The notes beneath the pieces were generated by a model. The model did not search any database. It saw only the letters and a program-made list of their open reading frames with translations, and was not told the origin of the DNA. 56,371 bases of DNA from a virus (Duplodnaviria; Caudoviricetes), in IMG/VR virus record IMGVR_UViG_3300021376_000070, positions 1-56,371 of that record; one strand, given 5' to 3'. The position numbers and the translations under genes are program-made. The stretch's first letter is position 1. Each line of letters opens with the position of its first letter. Of the stretch, positions 47,107 through 56,366 are shown piece by piece.

Positions 47107-48015
47107 TCAAGCGCCCGGGCTTCCGAAGATGCCCAGCGGATCGCTAAAGCCGAAGCTGTAACGCTCACGAGCCTTGTAGCGTACATTGCCCGTATCAAAG
47201 TCGCCGTCCATCGAGGTGTTCAGCGGGGTGCGGACAAAGTGCTTCAGACCGTTTGGAACATCCGTGGTCAGGAACCAAGCATTGTTGTCGGTCAAGAAGT
47301 GGTTCACGGTGTAACCACCCGGGATCGACCCATTGCTCTTCAGGGCGTTAATGTCGTTGTTGTTGGTAGAAACCCGGAGTTCCGTTTCCAACAGGCGAGT
47401 AGCTACGAACATCAAGCTCGGAGGAACAATCAGCTTGCGCGGTTTTGCCGCGATGAGCAGACCACGTTCATCGGTCCACGCTGCGATCTGGATAACGGCG
47501 GCTTCAAGCGAAGTCTCGTTCAGGTCGGCAGGCGTGGCAGGCTCGTTGGAGTTGGTTCCACCAGAGACCAAAGGATGCGAAGTCGAGAACAGCTCGACAC
47601 CATCGCCACCCGTGTAGGAGGGCGAGAAGCCGTTGTTCAGCACATTAGCAGCCTTAACCTGCTTGGTAAAAGCCATTGCACGAGCCAGAGCCTTAGTGTA
47701 GCGAGACGACAGGGAGTCATAGAGGTTGTCCTCAATGGCTTCTTCAGTCAGGCTAAAACCAAGGGCAATGGTTTCGTGCTGGTAACGAGCAGTCCATGCC
47801 TCTTGAGCGTTGTCATAAGCGATGGCAGAGCCTTCGTTTTTGACCGGCGCAGCAGAGAAGCCAGACAGTTTGGTTTCCTCCTCAAAAGAACGCTCAGAGG
47901 TTTCGGTCTCGAAAATCTCTTTGTGTTCTTCCTTGTAGGTTTCATACTCCAAACCGAACAAGGCATTCAAGCCCGGGAGGAGTTCTTTGAGTAACTGGGC
48001 ACGAGAAATAGCCAT
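47107..48015 (-). CDS. major capsid protein
   Basis: MAISRAQLLKELLPGLNALFG...ARERYSFG; Mu gpT-like size; follows scaffold, ends at a terminator. Confidence 0.85.
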   Translation of the reverse strand: MAISRAQLLKELLPGLNALFGLEYETYKEEHKEIFETETSERSFEEETKLSGFSAAPVKNEGSAIAYDNAQEAWTARYQHETIALGFSLTEEAIEDNLYDSLSSRYTKALARAMAFTKQVKAANVLNNGFSPSYTGGDGVELFSTSHPLVSGGTNSNEPATPADLNETSLEAAVIQIAAWTDERGLLIAAKPRKLIVPPSLMFVATRLLETELRVSTNNNDINALKSNGSIPGGYTVNHFLTDNNAWFLTTDVPNGLKHFVRTPLNTSMDGDFDTGNVRYKARERYSFGFSDPLGIFGSPGA

Positions 48016-48017
48016 TT

Positions 48018-48626
48018 TTAAGCACCCCTTCCTTCAGCGTTTTCATACAGAGAAATGCCGAAGTTAAATCGGACAATCACTTCCGTATAAGAACCCGGGT
48101 AGCCAGCAATGGCAGTCTCGGGAACAACGTCCACCACACGAATCGGAAGAGTGGTCTCCGTATCAGTAGTGTTTAGGACAGCGTTTTTAGAATTGCCGTT
48201 GGTGGTACTGCCGGTGTTTTGAACCAGCGACACATTCTTGCCAACAGCGGCTTGGGTTAGGTTGCCAATGGTGGTGCCAGCGGAAACCACGGCGACTTTG
48301 TACAACTGATCAGGATCGTCTTGTACATAAGCCTGAATACCCGTTACATTCACAGCGCCGGGGTAGAACTGTTTAAACACCGGTTGCGAAGTATTGGGAT
48401 CAATGTAGGTGCATCCAAGAAACACACCAATTGTGGTCGCAGTAGCCGTGGTCGTAACCTTGGTGATATTACCTGCGCTGTTCAGAGTGACAACATCACC
48501 AAAGAAAATGGCGGTGGTTTCATTCTGACCAATAGGCATTTCACGGGTCTGACCAGCGTATACCTGACCACCAAGCAGGTTCACAGGAACCATGCCATAG
48601 GGGGCATCAACGGTCGGATAAGCCAT
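48018..48626 (-). CDS. capsid cement/minor head protein
   Basis: APYG..PV...IFFGDVV...GVFLGC.Y...DDPD; directly upstream of the capsid gene. Confidence 0.6.
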   Translation of the reverse strand: MAYPTVDAPYGMVPVNLLGGQVYAGQTREMPIGQNETTAIFFGDVVTLNSAGNITKVTTTATATTIGVFLGCTYIDPNTSQPVFKQFYPGAVNVTGIQAYVQDDPDQLYKVAVVSAGTTIGNLTQAAVGKNVSLVQNTGSTTNGNSKNAVLNTTDTETTLPIRVVDVVPETAIAGYPGSYTEVIVRFNFGISLYENAEGRGA

Positions 48627-48636
48627 TACTTACTCC

Positions 48637-49071
48637 TTATGATCTGCTGCTTCTGCTCGTGGTCGATTTACGCTCACTAAACATAGGCATACGAGGATCG
48701 TTTTCCTTCATTAGATTGGCATCTACAGCCCTCGTCTGCGCGTCTGTTTGAGCACGGACCCATTCGTCACGCTGCTCAACAAACTCGGTTGGAGTTTTGG
48801 AGAGAACCAACCCACCAATCTCGACCAGTCCAGTGGACTTGCCGGGATATTGCAGTTCTGAATGATCTTCCCGTTTGACCGGAACCCATCCTTCATCCTG
48901 CTTGGACATCATGTTGCGATCATCCGCTTGTCCAAGGATCGATTTACGAACCCAGCGATACGAATAACCGTCTTCCTTGTTAGGTTTGGGCAGCAAAGAG
49001 GGCGGTGTCCAAGCCCTTTTCCTGATAACTTGTTCACGAGTTTCTTGATCTCGTGGGGTGCGATCAGCCAT
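48637..49071 (-). CDS. head-module protein
   Basis: WTPPSLLP...YRWVR...EGWVPV...IGGLVL. Confidence 0.6.
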   Translation of the reverse strand: MADRTPRDQETREQVIRKRAWTPPSLLPKPNKEDGYSYRWVRKSILGQADDRNMMSKQDEGWVPVKREDHSELQYPGKSTGLVEIGGLVLSKTPTEFVEQRDEWVRAQTDAQTRAVDANLMKENDPRMPMFSERKSTTSRSSRS

Positions 49072-49948
49072 TTGTCATCTCCTTCGCCACTTGAGCGGCA
49101 TACTTTTCCAAGGGAACTCCCAGCCGTTTTGCAATAGCAACTTGAGTTTTCGTCAACGTGACCTTTTGTGATCCCGGTGTACCCCTTGAAGCAGGAGCGA
49201 CGACATTCGCGGCAGGCTTGTTAGACCTGAACTTTTGCGGGAATGAATCCCGAATGCGAGCATCCAATTGCTCGAAATAGGCGTCCGATCCGGCGACATA
49301 TCCACTCTGGACGAGTTGATCGTGGATACCAAAGGCGGCACCTCGCATAACTGGGTCTTCATTGAACCATTGGTTCTTTGTTACCCACTGACGGGTCCGT
49401 TCGTCAGGAACAACTTGCGGTTGTTGTTTGGTTTCTACTGGAATTTCTTGTGGTTGTAAAGGGGCTTGATACCTGTGTTGGTAATTTTCAATTTCCCGCT
49501 TCCCAACCACCGCCTCCGAGAGCTTCTTTTGGGCGGCGATCATCTTCTCGGTATCGCCAGCCTCGTATGCCTCTTTGTAGTCGCGCTCTGCCTGAGACAG
49601 AATAGCGTCATGCTTTTCTTTGCTGGTTTCTACCAGCACCCGCTCGCCTTGAGAAAGGCGCTCTTGGAGCATCCGATTTTGCTCTGCTACCTGTTTGGCG
49701 TAGTTGAGAGCCTCTTGCTGCTCGCGCAAAAGACGCTCTTTTTCCCTGCGCTCCTCATGGTAGCCAGCGCGAAGCTGGCGAATGCGCTTCTGCACATTTT
49801 CAGAATACTGAGAAATCTCATCGTCATTGACCTCAATCTCTCCGCGAGATTCAGGTTTGCCACGATCTGACTCAGGCGTATCGTCCACAATTTCAATTTC
49901 TGGACCGCCTTCGATCTCAATCTCAAGATTTTGGTTATTTTCGGACAT
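49064..49948 (-). CDS. capsid scaffolding protein
   Basis: Acidic N-terminus, coiled coil, C-terminal LTKTQVAIAKRLGVPLEKYA. Confidence 0.7.
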   Translation of the reverse strand: MSENNQNLEIEIEGGPEIEIVDDTPESDRGKPESRGEIEVNDDEISQYSENVQKRIRQLRAGYHEERREKERLLREQQEALNYAKQVAEQNRMLQERLSQGERVLVETSKEKHDAILSQAERDYKEAYEAGDTEKMIAAQKKLSEAVVGKREIENYQHRYQAPLQPQEIPVETKQQPQVVPDERTRQWVTKNQWFNEDPVMRGAAFGIHDQLVQSGYVAGSDAYFEQLDARIRDSFPQKFRSNKPAANVVAPASRGTPGSQKVTLTKTQVAIAKRLGVPLEKYAAQVAKEMTNG

Positions 49949-49957
49949 AAAAGCTCC

Positions 49958-50311
49958 TTATAGGCGGGTAAGCACCCGTGGATCGGCAATGACAGCCTCT
50001 ACGGTGTCATCGTTGATAAGACGAAACTCTTGATCTCCCTGCGGGGTAGAAATCTTAAATCTCGTTCCGGAGTACGACCGCATGATGATGTAGTCGCCCT
50101 CCTTACACCAAGCCCCATCAGGAAATTTGTCAGGGTCTTGGTATGCCTGTGGACCCAGCTTGACAACCAAGCCCACGATAGACGCAGTTTCTTCCTTTTG
50201 CCGAGTAGATTCAGCAATAACGATCTGAGAATCCTTGAAAGTTTCTTCCTTTTTAGGAATGGCAATCAGGATTCGGTATCCCTTTGGTTCTGGCAGTTGC
50301 AAATTACTCAT
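49958..50311 (-). CDS. groES: GroES-like co-chaperonin
   Basis: PKGYRILI...GLVVKLG...KEGDYI...YSGT...RLINDDTVEAV. Confidence 0.75.
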   Translation of the reverse strand: MSNLQLPEPKGYRILIAIPKKEETFKDSQIVIAESTRQKEETASIVGLVVKLGPQAYQDPDKFPDGAWCKEGDYIIMRSYSGTRFKISTPQGDQEFRLINDDTVEAVIADPRVLTRL

Positions 50312-50474
50312 CTGGTAAGTCCTCAATGATTCTTATGAGACGCTGGAATGCTCGGATTTCCCCCACCGCCTCTCGGTAAGCAGGGTAGTCCTCAACAGCA
50401 CTGAAAGAAATTCTCTCTTTCAGCGCCTGTTGTTCTTTTTTAAGCTCATCGAGGAGGTAGTCCTTTAGTGCCAA
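50304..50474 (-). CDS. small hypothetical protein (56 aa)
   Basis: Read manually: TTG start after AGGAG; MALKDYLLDELKKE...YREAVGEI. Confidence 0.6.
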   Translation of the reverse strand: MALKDYLLDELKKEQQALKERISFSAVEDYPAYREAVGEIRAFQRLIRIIEDLPDE

Positions 50475-52830
50475 TGTTTGCTCCTATTTTCAAGCCTTCA
50501 ATTTGTTGCTTGACTTCCATTGCCTTGTTGGCGTCCATGACCTTTGCGCCAATGTTTGCCCCAGCAATGCGCTCTTGAGAGGCGATACGCTCGCGTTCGC
50601 GCTGATCTTTTGCGACAAGGTCTGCCTCTCGCAGCTTGACATCTGCTTCGTCTTTGGCTTTCTTCCGCAAAACTTCTGCTTCCCTAATCTCCAGTTCTTT
50701 TTGCTGCTGCTGTATCACTGGGTCTTGAGCGGCTTGCTGCGCTGCCTTTTGAGCCATCTCTGCCTGATCTTTTGCCAGCAGTTTGTCTGAGGCGGCGGCA
50801 ACGGCGCGGGAGAGTTCGACCTCGATGTCCTCTGGCAATTGCTCGTCCGAAGGAGGCAGAGCAACACCCAGCATCTTTTCGATCTCCACGCGGTACTGGA
50901 ATCCAACATGCTCGTTGATATGCGCCATCATGGCGGCTTGAATGAACTGTGCGCGGGGATTCTGACCCACGATCTGCTGAATCTTTGGATCTTGCATGGC
51001 GTTCATGTGGACCTTGATATGAGCCTCATGGTCCTGATACAGGAATGCCTTAACGGGCTTGCCAGCCATCACTGCCATGTTTTCTGAAACAGGGTTCATG
51101 GGCTTCTGATCGTCCTCAATCGGGATGATCTTGCCGACATTCTTGATACCCAGAACCTCCAGCATCTGGCGATGCAGTTGCGGCAGGTCATAAATCTGGG
51201 GAGCGCCCTGCGCCAGTTGAAGCGCGGCTTGATACTGGACTACCCGCTGCGCCATTGTGGAGGCGTTGGGGTCCGACACAGGGATGATGTCCACCATGTC
51301 GTAGTCGGTCTTCTTGGCTTTTTTTGGAGCGTCTACTTCGTAGGAATAGGTGTCTGGGGTGTAGTCCCTGACAATTGCCGAGATCAGCTTAAATTCATGC
51401 TTCATGGCAGCATGAACCCGAGCCTGCACCGCGCTCATGACCTTTAATGTCCGCTCAAGGATTGCCAAGGTCGTTCCTACCGGGGCTTGGTTGGACATAT
51501 CGCCAACTTTCAAATCTGCCACGGAGGCGAATTTTCTGCCCTCTTCGACGATGGTGTTGAGGAGGTTGTACAGAGTTGCGCTTGGTTCTTTGTAGGGTAG
51601 AGGAACGACCGAGTCCTTGATGGTCATTCCGGTCACATCTACATCTCGCCACTCACCCGGCGAAATTGGGGTGTCATCCCCCTTGACCCGCAAATCTTTG
51701 GACTTGAAACCCCCGGGGAGATTGGACAGAGTGCCAGCGTCAACAAGTTGTCGAAGGATGGATGTCGCACTCTTTGCAAAACCACCGACGAGGTGAATCA
51801 AGCCAAAGCCGTAGAAGCCAAAACCCGGGATGTAGAGGTAGTGCGTGAAGTGCATCCGCTTCTGCCTCGTCTCATCATCCTCAAGGTAGTTACGCCGAAT
51901 CGCCAGAATCTCGCCCGTCGAGGCGATAGTGATGACATACGGCAAAGCAATACCGTCCGGGTCTTCGTATCCCGGCAAATCGTAATCAATGTGAATCTCA
52001 TACAAGAGGTAACGATCATCATCAACGATGTTGATCCCAGTCTCTTCGTCTTTTTTCTTCTCAATCTCAGTGGTTGTGCGCTGCGGTTCAGCCAGTTCAA
52101 TGTCTTTGTAGAAGCCAGCCACCTGAAGTTTGCGTATCTGGTTATGCGTTTTACGCATACGATGCGCGATTCGCGGCGCAGAAAGCAGGTCAGATGCCCC
52201 GTAAGGCACAATGATGTCCTCGGCGGGGACAAACATGGCAACTTGCCTGTTTAAACTGGGATCAAAATAGACTTTTTTGAACGCCGATCCGGTGATGGGC
52301 AGGTTCCAGAGCAGCCTTTCATGCTCGCTGCGGTACTCAGCCATCACTTCGGTAAGTTCGTAGTTCATGTCGTCTTGAACACGAGACGCCGCCTCTTCTT
52401 TTTCCCGGCTGATTTTGCCGATGATTTTGGTTTTGACTGGACCGGAGGCGGGAAATGTCTCCAAAATGGTCTCGGATTGGAATTTGACGACCGATTCCGA
52501 GAGGATGGGGTGATAAACGCCACAAGCGCCGTCCCAAGGCTCTGTTCTTTCGTCAATCCGCAGCCCCAGAAGGTCCAATCCCTCTTTGTAGGTGCGCTCC
52601 CAGTCCTTGCGGGAGGTTAAATCATCCCTGATGAACTGCAAAAGATCAGAGGACAGCAGTTCAAGCTGTCCCTCGGACAGCTTTTCTGCCAGATTTTCAT
52701 CAAAAGAGGGAAGATTGATTTCAATTTCTACGATAGGCTCTTCACCGCCCTCTATCTCGATCTCAATTTCCACCTCGGGAGTGATCTCGGCTTCGATGCC
52801 AACCGGAAGGGCGTATAGTGACTTTTCCAT
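50446..52830 (-). CDS. portal protein (P22-like)
   Basis: 794 aa after terminase; SRKDWE, GSAFKKVY, LVDAGTLSNLP, C-terminal coiled coil. Confidence 0.85.
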   Translation of the reverse strand: MEKSLYALPVGIEAEITPEVEIEIEIEGGEEPIVEIEINLPSFDENLAEKLSEGQLELLSSDLLQFIRDDLTSRKDWERTYKEGLDLLGLRIDERTEPWDGACGVYHPILSESVVKFQSETILETFPASGPVKTKIIGKISREKEEAASRVQDDMNYELTEVMAEYRSEHERLLWNLPITGSAFKKVYFDPSLNRQVAMFVPAEDIIVPYGASDLLSAPRIAHRMRKTHNQIRKLQVAGFYKDIELAEPQRTTTEIEKKKDEETGINIVDDDRYLLYEIHIDYDLPGYEDPDGIALPYVITIASTGEILAIRRNYLEDDETRQKRMHFTHYLYIPGFGFYGFGLIHLVGGFAKSATSILRQLVDAGTLSNLPGGFKSKDLRVKGDDTPISPGEWRDVDVTGMTIKDSVVPLPYKEPSATLYNLLNTIVEEGRKFASVADLKVGDMSNQAPVGTTLAILERTLKVMSAVQARVHAAMKHEFKLISAIVRDYTPDTYSYEVDAPKKAKKTDYDMVDIIPVSDPNASTMAQRVVQYQAALQLAQGAPQIYDLPQLHRQMLEVLGIKNVGKIIPIEDDQKPMNPVSENMAVMAGKPVKAFLYQDHEAHIKVHMNAMQDPKIQQIVGQNPRAQFIQAAMMAHINEHVGFQYRVEIEKMLGVALPPSDEQLPEDIEVELSRAVAAASDKLLAKDQAEMAQKAAQQAAQDPVIQQQQKELEIREAEVLRKKAKDEADVKLREADLVAKDQRERERIASQERIAGANIGAKVMDANKAMEVKQQIEGLKIGANIGTKGLPPR

Positions 52831-52838
52831 AGCGGTCC

Positions 52839-55232
52839 TCAGTAATATGCCGTTTTACGGGGCATAAAAGAACTCTCAACTTCGTCCGACTCTAGTTTGA
52901 TGAAGCCGCCTTGTCTGAAACGAAGCAATGCTTGGGTTGTTGAGTCCACCAAGTCATCGTGGTCGCCGTTTGGAAACGAGGCAAGCTCCTCCACCAGTTC
53001 ATCAGCCCAACGAGTTTCGGGTCTCCAAACCATGCCAGACGCAAAAAGATCAGACACGGCGTTTACACGAGCTATCTTATCCGACCCTTTGCTCGGTGTG
53101 TACTCTGAAATTGGGATGCCCATCTTCCTCATCTCATAGATGAGGGGCGCTCCAGCCGCCTTTTTTTCCACAATCAGGGTGTCTGGGTTCCATTCTTTCC
53201 ATAACTCAAAGGCGGTTTTCTTCAGTTCTGGGAACTCCATGCGCTCTTTGAAGGCGTCCAGAACAATGATGTTGGCAATCTCAGAGCCGTCTACATCCCT
53301 GTAGAAGACGCCCCATGTAGTGCAAGCTGAATAGTCTGCCCTGTTGTTTTTTTCAAAGGCTGTATCCCAGCTTTGGATGATGTAATCCACCTCGGGAGGG
53401 CGATCTTTTTCCCAAATTTTCCACATATCCCGCTTGATGATGGCTCCCTCTTCTGAGGTGGGGTTTTGTTGGTACTGCGCTTCCCACTTGCCCACAGGCA
53501 GTTCTGCCTTGATAGCCTCAAGCTCTTCCTGCTTCCAAAACTCGCCCCACAAGGGTTTACCGGAAGGCAGCAAAGCTGGCAATTCAATGATTTCCCAGTC
53601 TTCCAAGTCTTTTTTGACGGTTGTATTGAGAATTTGACCCGTTAAATCTCGCTTCGACCACCGAGTGTTGTGGCTGATGATGCCATTGGCGATGAAGTTT
53701 TCCGTGCGGTCCACTTCAACGTCAAACACCTCTTCTTTGCCATCAGGAGTGATGCTGATAATTGGATCGACTGTGAAGTCTGAGGTACGCTGAAGCTCGC
53801 TCAAGAACATCTGGCGTTTTCCCGTATCCGACTGCAAGGTTGCAATCGTTGCAAAGGAGTCCACGCACCGCTCCTGTGGAGTGGTCATGATCAATGCAGA
53901 GCTTGCCCCCCCAATGGGCGCGGGTGTTTTGCCCAGAAGGCTGCTCACCGCAGATGTCGCAGCGGTTACCCCGCTCTTCAACCATTTGATTAAATTGTTC
54001 CAGCGTGATGCCGTAGCGATGCTTGATTCTTTTGGCTCTGTTTTGCTCTGGAGTTGATTTTGGAGGCGTGTACTGCTGTCTGTAGCAGGATATACACAGT
54101 CCTTTGCAATGCACAGGCTGTCCGCATCCACAGAGTTTGTTACGCCATTTACCATGATGCCCAAAGGGCTGGCGAAGGGCTTCTGGGTTTTTGCGTCGGT
54201 ATGACTCTCTTGCCGCGCAGGCTCCGCACATTCCAGGCTTTGTTTTTGCTCTGGATGGTCGAGTGCAGCCTTCAACGATACAAGATCGTCCCCCACCCTC
54301 AACTGATTGAGCCGCGTCCATTCCAGAACTCCTTCATTCATCACAAGAAACGGGTGTCTCTCGTTTGCACGGAGTATTCTGCCAGATTTTGTTTGTATCC
54401 GATATATAGCATCAAAACCACTTGACTGCCAGTTGTTTACCTTGGCGGTTGTCAATCTACCCTCTTCAAAGGTGGCTACGATGTCTCCGGGGCGTATTTC
54501 TGCCAGAGGTTTTTGGGTTCCATTGCCCATCAAAACTGAAGTATCCCCGGTCATGCACATAACTATAACAATAGACCCCCCGGGCTGGAGACGCTGCCGG
54601 GGACCGGATGAGTACCACTCATAGACTCTGTCATAGACCGCAGGACTGCCCTGCATGGCTTCTTGTTCACTGTGTGGGTCGTCAATGATCAATACATCAG
54701 CGCCTTTGCCGGTCACTGCGCCGCCCACGCCAATGGCAAAGTAATCACCGCCCTTGGAGGTGTTCCATCTACCTGCGGCTTTGGAATCTGCTGACATCTT
54801 GGTGGGGAAGATGTCCTGATACTCGGTCGATCCAACCAAGTTTCTGACCTTACGACCAAATCCCACTGCTAATTCTGCGGTGTGAGCGGTCTGGATGATC
54901 TTTTTTTCCGGATACATCCCCAAAAACCATGCCGGGAACAGGAAAGAGGCGAATTCTGACTTAGTGTGCCGGGGTGGCATATTGATGATCAGGCGCTTCA
55001 ATTCCCCCCGAGCGACTCGCTCAAAGGCTTCTGCCATGATCTGGTGATGTTTGCCGGGGATGAATGCCGACCACATCTGCCGCACAAATGGCATGAAGTT
55101 CTGTCGGCACCGCTCTTTTTTGTCTGCCTGAAGCAGAGTATGGATCTTTTTGATCTCTGGAGAACCATCTGGCAGTGTATCGAGCAAAGCCAGATACTGC
55201 CTGATTTCATCCCGGGTCAGAAGATCACTCAT
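52839..55232 (-). CDS. terL: terminase large subunit containing an intein
   Basis: MPPRHTKS Walker A, IIDDPH Walker B, SWDTA...ADYSA, HDDLVDS nuclease motifs. Confidence 0.93.
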   Translation of the reverse strand: MSDLLTRDEIRQYLALLDTLPDGSPEIKKIHTLLQADKKERCRQNFMPFVRQMWSAFIPGKHHQIMAEAFERVARGELKRLIINMPPRHTKSEFASFLFPAWFLGMYPEKKIIQTAHTAELAVGFGRKVRNLVGSTEYQDIFPTKMSADSKAAGRWNTSKGGDYFAIGVGGAVTGKGADVLIIDDPHSEQEAMQGSPAVYDRVYEWYSSGPRQRLQPGGSIVIVMCMTGDTSVLMGNGTQKPLAEIRPGDIVATFEEGRLTTAKVNNWQSSGFDAIYRIQTKSGRILRANERHPFLVMNEGVLEWTRLNQLRVGDDLVSLKAALDHPEQKQSLECAEPARQESHTDAKTQKPFASPLGIMVNGVTNSVDADSLCIAKDCVYPATDSSTRLQNQLQSKTEPKESSIATASRWNNLIKWLKSGVTAATSAVSSLLGKTPAPIGGASSALIMTTPQERCVDSFATIATLQSDTGKRQMFLSELQRTSDFTVDPIISITPDGKEEVFDVEVDRTENFIANGIISHNTRWSKRDLTGQILNTTVKKDLEDWEIIELPALLPSGKPLWGEFWKQEELEAIKAELPVGKWEAQYQQNPTSEEGAIIKRDMWKIWEKDRPPEVDYIIQSWDTAFEKNNRADYSACTTWGVFYRDVDGSEIANIIVLDAFKERMEFPELKKTAFELWKEWNPDTLIVEKKAAGAPLIYEMRKMGIPISEYTPSKGSDKIARVNAVSDLFASGMVWRPETRWADELVEELASFPNGDHDDLVDSTTQALLRFRQGGFIKLESDEVESSFMPRKTAYY
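53667..54557 (-). mobile_element. intein (297 aa) in the terminase ATPase domain
   Basis: C1 in CMTGDT..., block B NERHPF, block F VFDVEV, ends IISHN followed by T; excision restores IVIVM-TRW. Confidence 0.9.
53743..54321 (-). CDS. Endonuclease VII-family (His-Me) endonuclease in an alternative frame inside the intein
   Basis: RYGITLEQF...CDICG...IDHDH.TG.VRGLLC..CN..VG; SD AAGGAG 7 nt before ATG 54321. Confidence 0.85.
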   Translation of the reverse strand: MDAAQSVEGGGRSCIVEGCTRPSRAKTKPGMCGACAARESYRRKNPEALRQPFGHHGKWRNKLCGCGQPVHCKGLCISCYRQQYTPPKSTPEQNRAKRIKHRYGITLEQFNQMVEERGNRCDICGEQPSGQNTRAHWGGKLCIDHDHSTGAVRGLLCNDCNLAVGYGKTPDVLERASAYLRLHSRSNYQHHS

Positions 55233-55459
55233 AGAGAGAGCATCTTCTCCACAGAGCGGTCACGAAGTTTGATGGTCCGGACCCTATGGGGGACTGTGGT
55301 CAACAGTCCCTGATCTTGCAGGTCATGAATAATTCGGTGAATATTTGACTTGGAGTGCAGCCCAAGCCCAGTGGCGACATCCTGCAAAGAAGGGGGGAAC
55401 CCCTTCATCCTGATGTAGGCTTGGATGAACTCCAAAACCGCTTTTTGGCGTTCTGTCAC
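55229..55459 (-). CDS. LexA N-terminal-like winged-HTH DNA-binding protein
   Basis: TERQKAVLEFI...GFPPSLQDVA..LGL.S...HR...L...G; no peptidase domain; GTG start after AAGGA. Confidence 0.8.
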   Translation of the reverse strand: MTERQKAVLEFIQAYIRMKGFPPSLQDVATGLGLHSKSNIHRIIHDLQDQGLLTTVPHRVRTIKLRDRSVEKMLSL

Positions 55460-55501
55460 TGTCGTTCCTTTCAAATGAGGAGCGCAGTTTAAACGCGAAC
55501 A

Positions 55502-55768
55502 TCAGTTCGTGCAAGTGCCTTGTGCGGGTTCCCAATCCCAGCCAAAAACCCAAAGCATCATCTTGCGAATGTGCCAGCGGGGTTTCTGGTAAACGGCAAA
55601 CTTGGTGTACCAATCCTTAGTTCCACCAGGCATGACCCAATACCCCACCGCCTGGGGTTGATGGGAAAGGAAAGAAATAGACTCAGCGGGGGCGGTGAAG
55701 GTCATCTCTTTGGTTTGGGCTGGGTTATCGGGATTTCCTTGGTCTGGAATGAATGGTTGTTGTAACAA
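55502..55768 (-). CDS. hypothetical protein
   Basis: 88-aa ORF, SD AGGAG. Confidence 0.55.
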   Translation of the reverse strand: MLQQPFIPDQGNPDNPAQTKEMTFTAPAESISFLSHQPQAVGYWVMPGGTKDWYTKFAVYQKPRWHIRKMMLWVFGWDWEPAQGTCTN

Positions 55769-55844
55769 TGTCTTCTCCTAATTAGGAAACCTTCTTTGGT
55801 CTGGGTTTGCTTGACTTTTGTGGGAGCGCCACAAAGAGGGCATT

Positions 55845-56030
55845 TCATGAATTTTTGTTTCTGAGTGTTTTTTCAACCAACTTGGCAAAGGTCAAGCACC
55901 ACTGCGGTCTGTTTTTGTCGTAGTCGATAAAAAGCTCAAATTCAATATGGTAGAAGATGTTTTCTACCTCATTTTCAGTGATTCCAACCCACTCCTTCTT
56001 GTAGTCCTGAATGTCGTCATCATCTTTCAT
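55845..56030 (-). CDS. hypothetical protein (DDDIQDY...WVGIT..E)
   Basis: SD AAGGAG. Confidence 0.6.
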   Translation of the reverse strand: MKDDDDIQDYKKEWVGITENEVENIFYHIEFELFIDYDKNRPQWCLTFAKLVEKTLRNKNS

Positions 56031-56138
56031 TTTAAAAACTCCTTCACCTGTTCATACACACCATTACGGCAGCCTTGATCTTTTCCTGCTCGGTCTTTGC
56101 CTTTAGGACTGCCTCTTGATGTATCTTGCTTAATGGTT

Positions 56139-56366
56139 TCATGATGCGTACCCATCCGTAATGACTTTGTTTTTCGCTTCTTCGAGCGCACCGATCAGTG
56201 TGAGCCTGTCCGGTACGCTTGAGGTCTTGATCTTGAACTGACCCCTGTCTTTCCAGAAGCACAGCACGATCACGGTGTCTGGACCTTCGTTGCTGGCTTC
56301 GTTCAACACCTCCTTAGCATTGACCTTGTGGTGGTGCGGGATGGTTGCCATTTTTAATTTACTCAT
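56139..56366 (-). CDS. hypothetical protein
   Basis: 75-aa ORF at the window end. Confidence 0.55.
   Translation of the reverse strand: MSKLKMATIPHHHKVNAKEVLNEASNEGPDTVIVLCFWKDRGQFKIKTSSVPDRLTLIGALEEAKNKVITDGYAS

Noticed and set aside
13781-53640. Many + strand ORFs opposite the late genes
   Set aside because: Antisense shadows of long - strand CDSs, with no motifs or SDs.
53743-54321. Group I intron or simple frameshift error as the explanation for the nested nuclease
   Set aside because: The terminase frame is uninterrupted with complete intein ends, and the nuclease ORF has its own SD, start and stop.
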